64,000 nt of DNA from Cyanobacteria bacterium P01_F01_bin.150 (GTDB taxonomy: Bacteria; Cyanobacteriota; Cyanobacteriia; CAKZMO01), in NCBI GenBank assembly GCA_039189765.1, contig JBCCYL010000009.1:54984-118983 (forward strand), given 5' to 3'. The notes under the pieces are model-generated. The model ran no database searches. It saw nothing but the letters and a program-made list of their open reading frames with translations, and was not told where the DNA came from. Positions 18,967 to 28,234 of the stretch are shown in pieces. Each line of letters opens with the position of its first letter. The first letter of the stretch is position 1. The position numbers and the translations under genes are program-made.

Positions 18967-21030
18967 ATGTTGAATTCCACTCATGATCCGCTTTACCTTA
19001 CTTCTGACATCACAAAGGTAAACTTGAGCCCAGATTCCAAATCTTTTAGCGGCACTTTGGGCACTGATGATACACAACTCTATGCCTTTCAGACTAAAGA
19101 CCCCAGCAGCCTATATGCTGAAGTTGAAGGAGAAGAGGTCGTCGTTACCTTAGCAAAAGATATTAATCAGGACGGCATCATTAGCCGCGATGAAACTCTG
19201 GCTAACTCCCGCTCCCGCTCTACCTCCTTTTTCTCTGGCCAGGCGTCTGATACGACGATTCAAGGGCTAAATGCATCCAACTTATCCAGCGACACGTTTT
19301 ATCTACAGGTCTCTGGCTCTGGTGAGTACACTCTTTCGGCGTCCCTAAATGAGGCGATCGCCCCAACCTCCACCTCCACCTCCAGAAGCCGTAATGCATT
19401 CTCTAGTAGTGGGCAGCGCATCTCCAAAAAGAACTGGAATGCCAGCTTCCTCAATCTCTCCAGTCGTAGATTGAGGGACTACGACAGTTATGATTTTAGT
19501 AATGCCAACGCGGTCTATGATTTGGGCAGTCGCAATAAAAAAGGTCGCATTGCCGCCAGACTCGAATTCGACTTTGGCAATAGCAGCCCCGAGGGAGTCA
19601 ATTCCAGCAAGTTTGCCATGGAAGCCTGGACGCGGGTGCGCTTGGCCAGAGGAAAGTTCTATCGGCTTAACGCAGTTTCCGATGATGGCATTCGCTTCGA
19701 GTTTCGAGACAGAAAGACGGGCGAAGTGATTACAGAACTTGAGGGAGACTGGAGCGATCGCAGCCTCGACGATCCCGCCTATACCCAACTGCTGACTGCA
19801 CCCAAAGGCGGCAACTATGACTTCTATGTCCAGTATTACGATCGCCGGGGATACTCCGCCGCCGATGTCACCATAGAAAAAGCTAGACTCAGAGGCCAAG
19901 TCACCTCTTCGGCCCTTAATCTTCGTAACGGCCCCAGCACCGTCAATACGTCTACCATTGACACTTTGGCCCAGGGAGAAACCTTCCGCATCGTCAGACA
20001 GGTAACCTCTCCCACCGACTCTACCTATCGCAACTGGTACAGAGTTGTCACCAGTGACAAGCAAAAAGGCTTTATTGCTGCGGATTCAAGATTTATAGAT
20101 ATTACCAATGACACCACTGATGTGATCACGGTGGAAAATGCAGCCGATATTACTCCTCCCCCCTTATTTCCTGACAGCCCTACAGTTCCTGATAACGGCG
20201 GTGTAGACAGTGGCGCTGATTCCTCCAAAGGAATTATTAGCTCCAAAGTCTGGATTACCTCCGATGACAAAATTGCATTCCGTAATGACAAAAGCATTTC
20301 CGGTACCCAGCTTGCACGCTTGCCTGAGGGCACCCCTGTGACGATTTTGAGCGAAGAAGTGGGTGGACGCTACTTAAATGATTTCGACCTCTGGTACAAA
20401 ATTCAGGCAAACGTTGGGGGCGTCACTCAAGAGGGATATGTCGCCGCATACTATGTAGAGCGTACTACTTTTAACGGCACCTACGGCACATCAATTTCCA
20501 AAAGTAATGGCTCCTACGCTCATCATATTGATGAAGCCACCAACGCTCGCTTTGACCCCAAAAACTCCAGCTACCGCCCCTTAATCGAAGACGCGGCCAG
20601 CAGATATGACTGGCTAGCGCCATCAGTGGTGGCAGGCATTGGCTCCCGAGAATCTGCCTGGGGTCGCTTCCTTAGCCCCCAAGGGCCAACCGGAACAGGA
20701 GATGGCGGCCACGGTCGCGGTCTAATGCAAATTGACGATCGCTTCCACCAAAGCTTTATCAACTCCGGCCAGTGGACCGACGCCAAAGCTAATATCAACT
20801 ACGGCATCGACAATGTGTTGAGCGACTACTACGACTACTTGGATATCAGCACCAATCTAGAAGGCAAGGATTTATTGAGAGGCGCGATCGCCGCCTACAA
20901 CGCTGGTCCCCAGAGCGTCCTTAACGCCATTAACCAAAACCTGGATATTGACTACTACACCACCGGACAGGACTACTCCTGGGATGTATTAAATCGGGCA
21001 GGCTGGTTCCAATCCCACGGCTGGGCGTAA
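18967..21030 (+). CDS. Multidomain cell-wall hydrolase: PPC-like + PA14 + 2 SH3b + goose-type lysozyme/SLT
   Basis: SDDGIR (PA14), LNLRNGPST (SH3b), GIGSRES, GRGLMQID, IAAYNAG. Confidence 0.8.
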   Translation: MLNSTHDPLYLTSDITKVNLSPDSKSFSGTLGTDDTQLYAFQTKDPSSLYAEVEGEEVVVTLAKDINQDGIISRDETLANSRSRSTSFFSGQASDTTIQGLNASNLSSDTFYLQVSGSGEYTLSASLNEAIAPTSTSTSRSRNAFSSSGQRISKKNWNASFLNLSSRRLRDYDSYDFSNANAVYDLGSRNKKGRIAARLEFDFGNSSPEGVNSSKFAMEAWTRVRLARGKFYRLNAVSDDGIRFEFRDRKTGEVITELEGDWSDRSLDDPAYTQLLTAPKGGNYDFYVQYYDRRGYSAADVTIEKARLRGQVTSSALNLRNGPSTVNTSTIDTLAQGETFRIVRQVTSPTDSTYRNWYRVVTSDKQKGFIAADSRFIDITNDTTDVITVENAADITPPPLFPDSPTVPDNGGVDSGADSSKGIISSKVWITSDDKIAFRNDKSISGTQLARLPEGTPVTILSEEVGGRYLNDFDLWYKIQANVGGVTQEGYVAAYYVERTTFNGTYGTSISKSNGSYAHHIDEATNARFDPKNSSYRPLIEDAASRYDWLAPSVVAGIGSRESAWGRFLSPQGPTGTGDGGHGRGLMQIDDRFHQSFINSGQWTDAKANINYGIDNVLSDYYDYLDISTNLEGKDLLRGAIAAYNAGPQSVLNAINQNLDIDYYTTGQDYSWDVLNRAGWFQSHGWA

Positions 21031-21110
21031 TTTGAATTTTGGATTTTAGATTTTAGATTTTGGACGGGTAAAAATTAAATCCAAAATCTAAAATCCAAAA
21101 TCTAAAATCT
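21031..21110. repeat. Inverted heptamer tandem repeats (STRR type) between convergent genes
   Basis: (ATTTTRG)n followed by (YAAAATC)n, forming a long imperfect hairpin. Confidence 0.8.
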
Positions 21111-21112
21111 GT

Positions 21113-22138
21113 TTATCCATTCCGACTCAACGCCGTGATCATTGCCTGCTGGCTGACCGACTGGTAAACCGTATCCAAATATTGACGAACGGTTTGGGCA
21201 TCATTGGGAGCCAGGGGCATTTTTCCTAATACGTCCAGTACGGTTTGGGCGGAGCCGGGGGGAGTGATTACCACTAGGGAAGGATCTAAGGGTTCGTTGT
21301 ATTGCCAGAAGGCTTGGGGATCAAAATTGTCCATGTCCAACTCTGGAGATGGGTCGGGACCGGATTCTTGACGATGCTCTTCCTGAGCGTCTACGCGATC
21401 GCCTTTTGAGGATATTTCACTTGAATTTGATTCAGTCGTAACGGTAACGGATGGTGTCTCAGTTGATTCTGGGACGCCATTTTTTTCTGAGTTGTCGTTC
21501 GCAGTATCTTCAGCAATATCTTTGCTATCTTTAGATGCTGCATCGGGTAATGAGGTCAATAGGGGCGACCCTCCACTACGCTTTTGGCGTACCGCTTCCA
21601 AAATCTGACTTTTGGAACGGCCCCGGAGTTCAAATAGGACAAACGGATCTTCTCTAAAAAAGTCCCCTAGCTGGTAGTAAACTGCGGCAATATGCTTACA
21701 GGGATTTTTGGGATCGGGGCAGTTGCAGCGCGATCGCACTTCCGCTAGCTTAAACGGGAATAGGCTGAGGCCATTGGCGGTAAAGACAGCTTCAATATCA
21801 TCGGGCATTGTCCCAGCTAGCAGCTTAGCGGAATAAATCGCTTTTTCGGCAATGCTGCCTATGACATAATCCCAATCCTCGTCACTAAAGCGTTCGATGG
21901 AAATCTGAAGTTTATAAGGTTCATCTGCGGTGCCCTGTACCGTGGCGTAGACCTTCCCCTTCCGGAACTCCATATGCAGGATATTGCCTTCACGGGCATA
22001 GATCCGCCCACGCTCTAACCGTTTTTTGAAGCGATAGGTATTGAGCAAGTCAACCCAGCGTTGGACCCACCATTCCTGTTCAATGGTTTCCCCTGTGGCT
22101 TGTACCGCCTCATTAGCGGCAGGCATCTGTGCAGTCAT
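21113..22138 (-). CDS. SWIM zinc-finger protein
   Basis: RLERGRIYAREG, CNCPDPKNPCKHIAAVYY, DPFVLFELRG. Confidence 0.9.
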   Translation of the reverse strand: MTAQMPAANEAVQATGETIEQEWWVQRWVDLLNTYRFKKRLERGRIYAREGNILHMEFRKGKVYATVQGTADEPYKLQISIERFSDEDWDYVIGSIAEKAIYSAKLLAGTMPDDIEAVFTANGLSLFPFKLAEVRSRCNCPDPKNPCKHIAAVYYQLGDFFREDPFVLFELRGRSKSQILEAVRQKRSGGSPLLTSLPDAASKDSKDIAEDTANDNSEKNGVPESTETPSVTVTTESNSSEISSKGDRVDAQEEHRQESGPDPSPELDMDNFDPQAFWQYNEPLDPSLVVITPPGSAQTVLDVLGKMPLAPNDAQTVRQYLDTVYQSVSQQAMITALSRNG

Positions 22139-22461
22139 AAATTCACGCAGTTCAAAACATCTTTTTATCTTAATTCTTTGGATTGACCTTCAAGCTTAAA
22201 GAAATATAACCGACAAACGATCTTAATACTTCTAGGGTGACAACTTTAGGTAGATGCTTTGCTCCCACACACCGCTTCATTGAAATAAATCAAGTTGTGA
22301 TAATATCTGGCAAGTAATTTCTTGTTGGGAGAAATATGGCCCAGCAAAATGTTTGATAAATTAGGGCTGCTTGATTTGTCTGAAGCCAGGAAGAATTTAA
22401 CGAAATCCTGGGACACAAACCTCCCCAGTATTCTGTCTCAAAACACAAGCTAATAAATTTA

Positions 22462-23208
22462 ATGCCAATTAATCCTTTAGCCAAATCAAAAAACATCGCG
22501 TTATGGACTTGCCCTAGAAGTCGTTCAACCTTGGTAACCAGAGCATTTGAACAACTAGATGAGGGAATTATTTTTGATGAGCCTTTCTGTGCTCCCTATA
22601 TACTGCACCATGGGTTTAATCAGCCTCACCGACAAGAGTTGTTAGCATTTTATAAAAACGATCACGATTACATCAAAGTGATTGAGAAAATTACGGGTGA
22701 TCTACCACCTGGAGCGTCTTTTTCTTTTCAAAAACATATGTCTAAACATGTTCTACCGGACTTTGGTAAGGAATGGATGCAAGATCTTCACCATGTCTTT
22801 TTAATTCGGGATCCAAAGGAAATTGTCTTATCTTGGCATAAAGTCTGTGGAGACGTGACAGCCCATGATATTGGGATGGAAGTGCACTACCAAATATTTA
22901 AGTATGTTCAATCATTTAGTCAACATACTCCATTAGTCCTTGACTCAATTGATTTAGTGAGAAATCCTGAGGCGTTTCTTCGTCTAATCTGTTCACACTT
23001 TAATCTGAATTTTTCCAGTAGAATGTTGACCTGGAAAGCAGGTCTGAAAGACTCTAATCTGTTGTTTTCTGGCGCTTTATCCTCATTGGCTTCAACTTGG
23101 TATGAGGATGTTGCAAACTCCACTGGCTTTCTGCCTTATCAAGAGAAGGAGATTTCTCTAACTGATAATCTAAAACGTCTGGCAGAAGATTGTTTCCCCT
23201 TCTATTAA
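22462..23208 (+). CDS. Sulfotransferase-like protein (P-loop), probably slightly truncated
   Basis: ALWTCPRSRST, DEPF, FQKHMSKH, FLIRDPKE, ML.W; reading frame appears to continue past the TAA. Confidence 0.75.
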   Translation: MPINPLAKSKNIALWTCPRSRSTLVTRAFEQLDEGIIFDEPFCAPYILHHGFNQPHRQELLAFYKNDHDYIKVIEKITGDLPPGASFSFQKHMSKHVLPDFGKEWMQDLHHVFLIRDPKEIVLSWHKVCGDVTAHDIGMEVHYQIFKYVQSFSQHTPLVLDSIDLVRNPEAFLRLICSHFNLNFSSRMLTWKAGLKDSNLLFSGALSSLASTWYEDVANSTGFLPYQEKEISLTDNLKRLAEDCFPFY

Positions 23209-23297
23209 GAACTCTACCATTATCGTCATATATTTGAATAATAGTGAAGGGACAACCTCTACGAGATTGCCCCCTCATCACAAAGCCGATGCAATAA

Positions 23298-23834
23298 TTA
23301 GGATTCTTGAGCAGCGCTTCCAGGCTGAATCAGATTCCTGACCCTGTTTTGACCGCCTTGATAAATGCGACGGACTCGATCGCCCCACTTGGCCCGATTT
23401 TGTTCGGCTTTTTGGGGAAACCAGGAAAAGATCGCCAAGTCTAGCATCAGCTCAGCCATGCGAGTCACGATCAGTAGCACTCCTGCCAGTAATCGGTAGC
23501 GAATTAAATAGTAGGGCGTAAAGGCAAAGGCGGAGAGCTGAAGAAAATTATCAAATAGTTCTTTATCCAGGTTAAACGAGACGCTGACATGCACCCGCAT
23601 TAGGCTGTACCAAAGGGAAAAGACCACCAAAGTACTGACGACAAAGCCAATAAAGCCTTCCACTTTGTCCCAGGTAAACTTTAGAAAACGCTTGAAGGAA
23701 AGCCAGAGGGTACCACCAATGGCGATCGCCACGGTGCCGTAGGTAGCAACGTCAGCCCAGTCCAGTTCGCTTAGGTCTCCTAAGCTGGTCAAATCAAACT
23801 GCTGTAGCCAATCCAGTAAAAACGAGTCCCACAT
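23298..23834 (-). CDS. Hypothetical membrane protein
   Basis: 178-aa ATG ORF with 3-4 hydrophobic segments. Confidence 0.6.
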   Translation of the reverse strand: MWDSFLLDWLQQFDLTSLGDLSELDWADVATYGTVAIAIGGTLWLSFKRFLKFTWDKVEGFIGFVVSTLVVFSLWYSLMRVHVSVSFNLDKELFDNFLQLSAFAFTPYYLIRYRLLAGVLLIVTRMAELMLDLAIFSWFPQKAEQNRAKWGDRVRRIYQGGQNRVRNLIQPGSAAQES

Positions 23835-24144
23835 TTTTTAATCACTCCTTAACAAATCCATGTGGCAATTCTGCAAGACATGGATATAAGCGTTAATGGC
23901 CTTGATATCCCTCGTCTCACACCAATAGACTAACGTGATGCTATTGGTGCTGTAGAGTACGGATTGTGCCATTGCCAGCCGATATCGCCCTTGATGACCA
24001 AGCCTTTTTACCGGGCCGCAAACGCTTAGCAGTCGTTCCTTAAGCCCCAAAAATCATGCATTTAAAAGTGCAATAATTCGGGTAGGGATAACCGCAGAGT
24101 CTGAGCGTTAGTTCCAAATTGCTCACCATTCCTTCCATTCACCA

Positions 24145-24177
24145 GCGATCGCTCTCACTATTCCACTCAGCGATCGC
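24145..24177 (+). repeat. HIP1 mini-array 1
   Basis: Two GCGATCGC copies 25 nt apart with a C/A-rich spacer. Confidence 0.6.
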
Positions 24178-24234
24178 CCTCTACCCCCAAAGACACAGTA
24201 CCATTTAGGTGGGTGTATTGATTGTTTTTCGCTT

Positions 24235-24325
24235 ATGCCAACGTTATTGAGAGTCGGTCCATATCGTTTTTTCTGCTATGCTGGTGACCCTGCTGGAGAG
24301 TTGGCATGACTTCTTCAATGATTGA
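24235..24325 (+). pseudogene. DUF4160 family toxin-like gene, internally deleted
   Basis: MPTLLRVGPYRFFCYAGD joined out of frame to LLESWHDFFND*, the two ends of a DUF4160 protein. Confidence 0.75.
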
Positions 24326-24614
24326 TCGGATTGATACTCAAATAGTGAAGTTAGTAACAGTAACAGTAACTGATGAGTTTCTAACTGTTGATGTAATGGA
24401 TGGACGGGTTATTTCTGCACCTTTGACCTGGTATCCTCGCCTGCTTAATGCATCTCAGGCAGAAAGAGAGAACTGGCGGCTAACAGGTGGAAAAACTGGC
24501 ATTCATTGGCCTGACTTGGATGAGGATATTAGCATCCGGAATATTATTCTGGGTCAGCCATCTGGAGAAAGTCAAAAGTCACTCCAACGTTGGCTCAAAA
24601 GTAGAATGCAGTAG
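24306..24614 (+). CDS. DUF2442 family protein (putative antitoxin)
   Basis: DGRVISAPLTWYPRLLNAS..ERENW, GIHWPDLDEDISI. Confidence 0.9.
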   Translation: MTSSMIDRIDTQIVKLVTVTVTDEFLTVDVMDGRVISAPLTWYPRLLNASQAERENWRLTGGKTGIHWPDLDEDISIRNIILGQPSGESQKSLQRWLKSRMQ

Positions 24615-24621
24615 TTTTTGA

Positions 24622-24800
24622 GCGATCGCCCCTCTCATCATAACTTGCGACAACGCGATCGCCCCCAAATTCCACAACAGCGATCGCCTCCAAATTCCAC
24701 AACAGCGATCGCCCTCACAATCCCAAACAGCGATCGATCCCACCACTCCACTAAAAAGCGATCGCCATTACAACCTAAAATCCCCACAATCAGCGATCGC
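24622..24800 (+). repeat. HIP1-anchored repeat/spacer array 2
   Basis: 6 perfect + 1 degenerate GCGATCGC every ~25-35 nt, G-poor spacers. Confidence 0.85.
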
Positions 24801-24834
24801 ATACAATTACTCTGGTGCTCTACTCTGGCTTGGG

Positions 24835-25134
24835 ATGGCGATACGTAATTTTCAGAACAAGGCAACGGAAGATATCAACTATGGAGTAGTTTCAAAAATT
24901 GCGCTGAAGCTCCTTCCTCAAGAGTTGCATCGAAAGGCGCGAATTAAATTAGCGAGATTAGGTGCTGCCACTTCGATTCAGGATTTGCGAGAATTGAAAG
25001 GAAATCGGCTTGAAGCACTGAAAGGGGACAGAAAGGGACAATATAGTATCAGAATTAATGATCAGTATCGGATTTGTTTTAAGTGGAAGCAAGATTATCC
25101 ATACGATGTTGAGATTGTTGATTATCACGATTAG
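24835..25134 (+). CDS. higB: HigB (RelE/ParE superfamily) toxin
   Basis: GNRLEALKGDRKGQYSIRINDQYRICFKW...VEIVDYH. Confidence 0.9.
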   Translation: MAIRNFQNKATEDINYGVVSKIALKLLPQELHRKARIKLARLGAATSIQDLRELKGNRLEALKGDRKGQYSIRINDQYRICFKWKQDYPYDVEIVDYHD

Positions 25135-25149
25135 AGTGGAGATAAGTTC

Positions 25150-25437
25150 ATGACCATACAACATGTTACGTCAATTCATCCTGGAGAGGTTTTACAAGAC
25201 GAGTTAGAGGAACTAGATATTTCACCCGAAATCTTAGCCGAGCACATCAAAGTTCCCATAACGAATATTTTGGATATCTGTAGTGGTCAAAAGGATATTG
25301 ATGCAACGCTTGCCATTAAGCTTTCACGCGCATTAGGAGCTAGTCCTCTGTTTTGGCTTAATCTTCAAAACAATTGGGAATTAAGTCAAATTGATGAGTC
25401 CGCTTACCAGGATATTAAACCTGTCGTAGCTGCTTGA
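25150..25437 (+). CDS. higA: HigA antitoxin (HTH)
   Basis: IHPGEVL..EL, AIKLSRALGAS..FWLNLQ. Confidence 0.9.
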   Translation: MTIQHVTSIHPGEVLQDELEELDISPEILAEHIKVPITNILDICSGQKDIDATLAIKLSRALGASPLFWLNLQNNWELSQIDESAYQDIKPVVAA

Positions 25438-25438
25438 C

Positions 25439-25670
25439 GCGATCGCCCCTAAAAATCTCACCAACGAGCGATCGCCTCCACAAAGTCCATCAACCAGCGA
25501 TTGCCCTCAAAACTCCACAAGTCAGCGATCGCCCTTCACCAATCCACCAACCAGCGACGCCCCTCCCATCATAACTGGCAACAAAGCGATCGCGTTCCAG
25601 CACCAGGAGCGATCGCTTTCCAAACTCCACAACAGCAGTCGATCCCACCACTCCACGAAAAAGCGATCGC
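25439..25670 (+). repeat. HIP1-anchored repeat/spacer array 3
   Basis: 6 perfect + 3 degenerate GCGATCGC; some spacers shared with arrays 2 and 4. Confidence 0.85.
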
Positions 25671-25696
25671 ATTTCTGACTCTCTACATTCCTAGGA

Positions 25697-26023
25697 TCAG
25701 GCACTCTTCTTTGTTGCCGTCTCTTTTTGAAGAAGAAAATCAAGGTATTCTTCGAGTTGAAGAAGTCTAGGTTCTGATAGCTGTCCTAACTTGTCTAGAA
25801 TTGCTTGCTGCTGTTGCCATTGTTGCAGGGGCATGATTTGTGATGCTGCAACTTCTACAGTGACATTAGGAACGTCAAACCCTTCTAGGCTATAGCCATC
25901 TTCCTCATTTTCAGGCATGGCGTAATATTCCACGACTGTGGCACGATCGCCTCTCTTGAGACGATATTCGGGAATATCTTCGGCCAGGGCAACTTTGGAA
26001 AACAGAGGGTGTTGGCTGCTCAT
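25697..26023 (-). CDS. DUF4926 family protein with C-terminal DUF2281-like helix
   Basis: KVALAEDIPEYRLKRGDRATVVEY, EDGYSLE; C-term LLQLEEYLDFLLQK; ATG overlaps the upstream stop. Confidence 0.75.
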   Translation of the reverse strand: MSSQHPLFSKVALAEDIPEYRLKRGDRATVVEYYAMPENEEDGYSLEGFDVPNVTVEVAASQIMPLQQWQQQQAILDKLGQLSEPRLLQLEEYLDFLLQKETATKKSA

Positions 26024-26352
26024 AAATTTTCTCCTTTGTCTGGCACTAGGGTAACAAATCTGGTCACTGTGGGAGTCACCATCCAGATCGTTTTGATGTT
26101 TAGTTCTACTCCATTTTCTCCTACCAGAGTGGCTCGGATGCAATATTTCTGTCCGTATTTGTTGGTTTCAAGCAGTTCGGCAGGTTGAGATAAGACTTGA
26201 GTTTGTAAGTCTTCTTCTAGCTTTTCCCAGTTATCAAGCGTGTAACCTGCTTTTGCCAGAAATTTAGATTTGTCATCTTTAGGTAAGGGAATCAGTAAAT
26301 ACTGGGTTAGTTTTGCTTCTGGAATTGCTGCGTCTGGGGGAAGAAAAGCCAT
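26020..26352 (-). CDS. DUF6883 family protein (putative RNase-fold toxin)
   Basis: AAIPEAKLTQYLL, DKSKFL..AGY, YGQKY, TIW...RFVTLVP. Confidence 0.75.
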   Translation of the reverse strand: MAFLPPDAAIPEAKLTQYLLIPLPKDDKSKFLAKAGYTLDNWEKLEEDLQTQVLSQPAELLETNKYGQKYCIRATLVGENGVELNIKTIWMVTPTVTRFVTLVPDKGENL

Positions 26353-26395
26353 CGATGCACCAAACGAGAATTACTTCTATTGTAATTTAAGTTTT

Positions 26396-26667
26396 GCGAT
26401 CGCTCCCTTCTCTTGTGGCCACTCCACCAGCCTGCGATCGCCCCTCTCACCATAACTTGCGACAAAGCGATCGCATTCCTCATCACTACAAGCGATCGCC
26501 ACTACCAAGTCATCAGTCAGCGATCGCTCCCTAATCTGCACACATAGCGACCGCTTTTTGTCCCCCTAATAAACAGCAAGCGATCCTCACAACTCTACAC
26601 ACTGCGATCGCCTACCAAAACTCCATAAGGGTGTTCGCTCTCCATAATACCCACAATCAGCGATCGC
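26396..26667 (+). repeat. HIP1-anchored repeat/spacer array 4
   Basis: 7 perfect + ~3 degenerate GCGATCGC, G-poor spacers. Confidence 0.85.
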
Positions 26668-26701
26668 TCTCCACAAATCTATAACAACGAGAACTGTCTG
26701 A

Positions 26702-28234
26702 TTATGCTATTTCCAAATGTGTTAAAGGCGACATCATTTGACGACAATACAAAGAGTGACACAGTTGATTTTTTTCATCAAACCAAATGACGCCAATTTT
26801 TCTATCTAAACACATATATTCTTGTAACCATGAAACCACAGTTGGTTCATTAGGAAAAACAAGACACAATATTACGTCATAGCCTATGATATGTTGATAC
26901 CTGAAACGATACTCATATAGTTGACTAATTCCTTTTCGAGATTGACTTAGGAGATTATCTCTCGTCGTACTTTTGACCTCAAAAATGAATTTCTCTCCGT
27001 TAGAAGGTAATTGAGCAAAAAGATCAATATGTTCATTTTCGGTTGACTCAACACCACGTTCTTTAAGATAAGAATAGAGCTTCTCCAGAATTATCTTGTG
27101 ATTCAGATTTGCTCTTTGCCGCTTAATTCTAGTGATTTCTGGGTCAGCATAAACTGGCTTCTTCAATTTTTTATTTTGAGGATTAGACTCCTCAAATTTT
27201 AGAGGCTTAAACTCGTATATACTCTCTGATTTCTGAATTTCTATTTGATTATCAGAGGAAATATCAAGACCTTGAAGCTCAGTATAAATTTTAGGATCTT
27301 CATTTGTCAGGATTTCAACCGATTCTGCACTTAGTGTTTTGATACCGTCAAAATAATCACCCCAGGAACAAATCCTGACCTCATCTAACAGATCATCAGA
27401 GCTTGATGCCTTATCAAATCCCCGAAACTCAGTTTGTATAGCACTAATTGCATTTAATTTAGCTTCAAGCTGGCGTCTATCGGATTGACTAACATATCTT
27501 CTAAGTCTAATTGCATCACGATCAGAAACCAACAAATTAGTATGCTTTAGAATATGAAAACGACTCTCATATTTCTGAGGCGGAAATAAAGTACCGTTAC
27601 GAGACTTTTCTAGTACACAAATCACATCATCTAAATTTGGATTAGCACGACTATTTGTTCTAGGATGGTTGGCTAGAATAAAAACTTCTGACCGAGATAA
27701 AGCTGCATTAAAGAGGCTAACATCTCGCAAGAAAGAGTCAGCCTGAATACCTTTGCATATAAGCCTTAAGGGGGATAAATGTATATTATTTTTGACAAAT
27801 TCTAAAGTTCTGTCACGTGTGTTAGATTGTATCCTTACATTATTAGAATTTGTTTGATAAGCAATACCCATGCCGTTTGGATACTGAAATAGTGTAAGTT
27901 GAAGTACCATAAAGGATGATACATTTGGCTCTTCGCAAACTAAAAATCGCCTGGTGGTTTCGCTAATAAATATATGCCAGATTCCATCTTTAAGTGCAAC
28001 TCTGTATAGCCCTAAATACGCAGGGTAAGCACTTATCTCATCTCTAAATTTAGAAGGATCTCTTGCGACCTTAGATGCTCTTGGACTGATTTTTGACAAA
28101 CGAGCTTCGATTGCTTTTCGGTCGTAAGGTTTTCCATCAAATTCGGAAAATATAGTCGCAATATCAATCAGCTTATCCGACCAGTCGTCACCACTTGAAT
28201 GAATTTTATGACTAAATAGATCTTTTATTTCCAT
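26702..28234 (-). CDS. Putative restriction endonuclease (C-terminal PD-(D/E)XK)
   Basis: HIDLF...IFEVKS...GISQLYEY; AT-rich; overlaps the MTase 3' end. Confidence 0.65.
   Translation of the reverse strand: MEIKDLFSHKIHSSGDDWSDKLIDIATIFSEFDGKPYDRKAIEARLSKISPRASKVARDPSKFRDEISAYPAYLGLYRVALKDGIWHIFISETTRRFLVCEEPNVSSFMVLQLTLFQYPNGMGIAYQTNSNNVRIQSNTRDRTLEFVKNNIHLSPLRLICKGIQADSFLRDVSLFNAALSRSEVFILANHPRTNSRANPNLDDVICVLEKSRNGTLFPPQKYESRFHILKHTNLLVSDRDAIRLRRYVSQSDRRQLEAKLNAISAIQTEFRGFDKASSSDDLLDEVRICSWGDYFDGIKTLSAESVEILTNEDPKIYTELQGLDISSDNQIEIQKSESIYEFKPLKFEESNPQNKKLKKPVYADPEITRIKRQRANLNHKIILEKLYSYLKERGVESTENEHIDLFAQLPSNGEKFIFEVKSTTRDNLLSQSRKGISQLYEYRFRYQHIIGYDVILCLVFPNEPTVVSWLQEYMCLDRKIGVIWFDEKNQLCHSLYCRQMMSPLTHLEIA

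Noticed and set aside
19345..20064. 239-aa antisense ORF
   Set aside because: Shadow of the lysozyme gene; no recognisable motifs.
24618..24865. ORFs 24618..24848, 24638..24865, and similar ones at 25490-25770 and 26270-26455
   Set aside because: Spurious translations of HIP1 arrays (AIA/RSP/DR repeats).
24622..26667. CRISPR array
   Set aside because: The constant unit is only the 8-bp HIP1, spacers are low-complexity and related to each other, and no cas genes are present; reported as a different repeat type.
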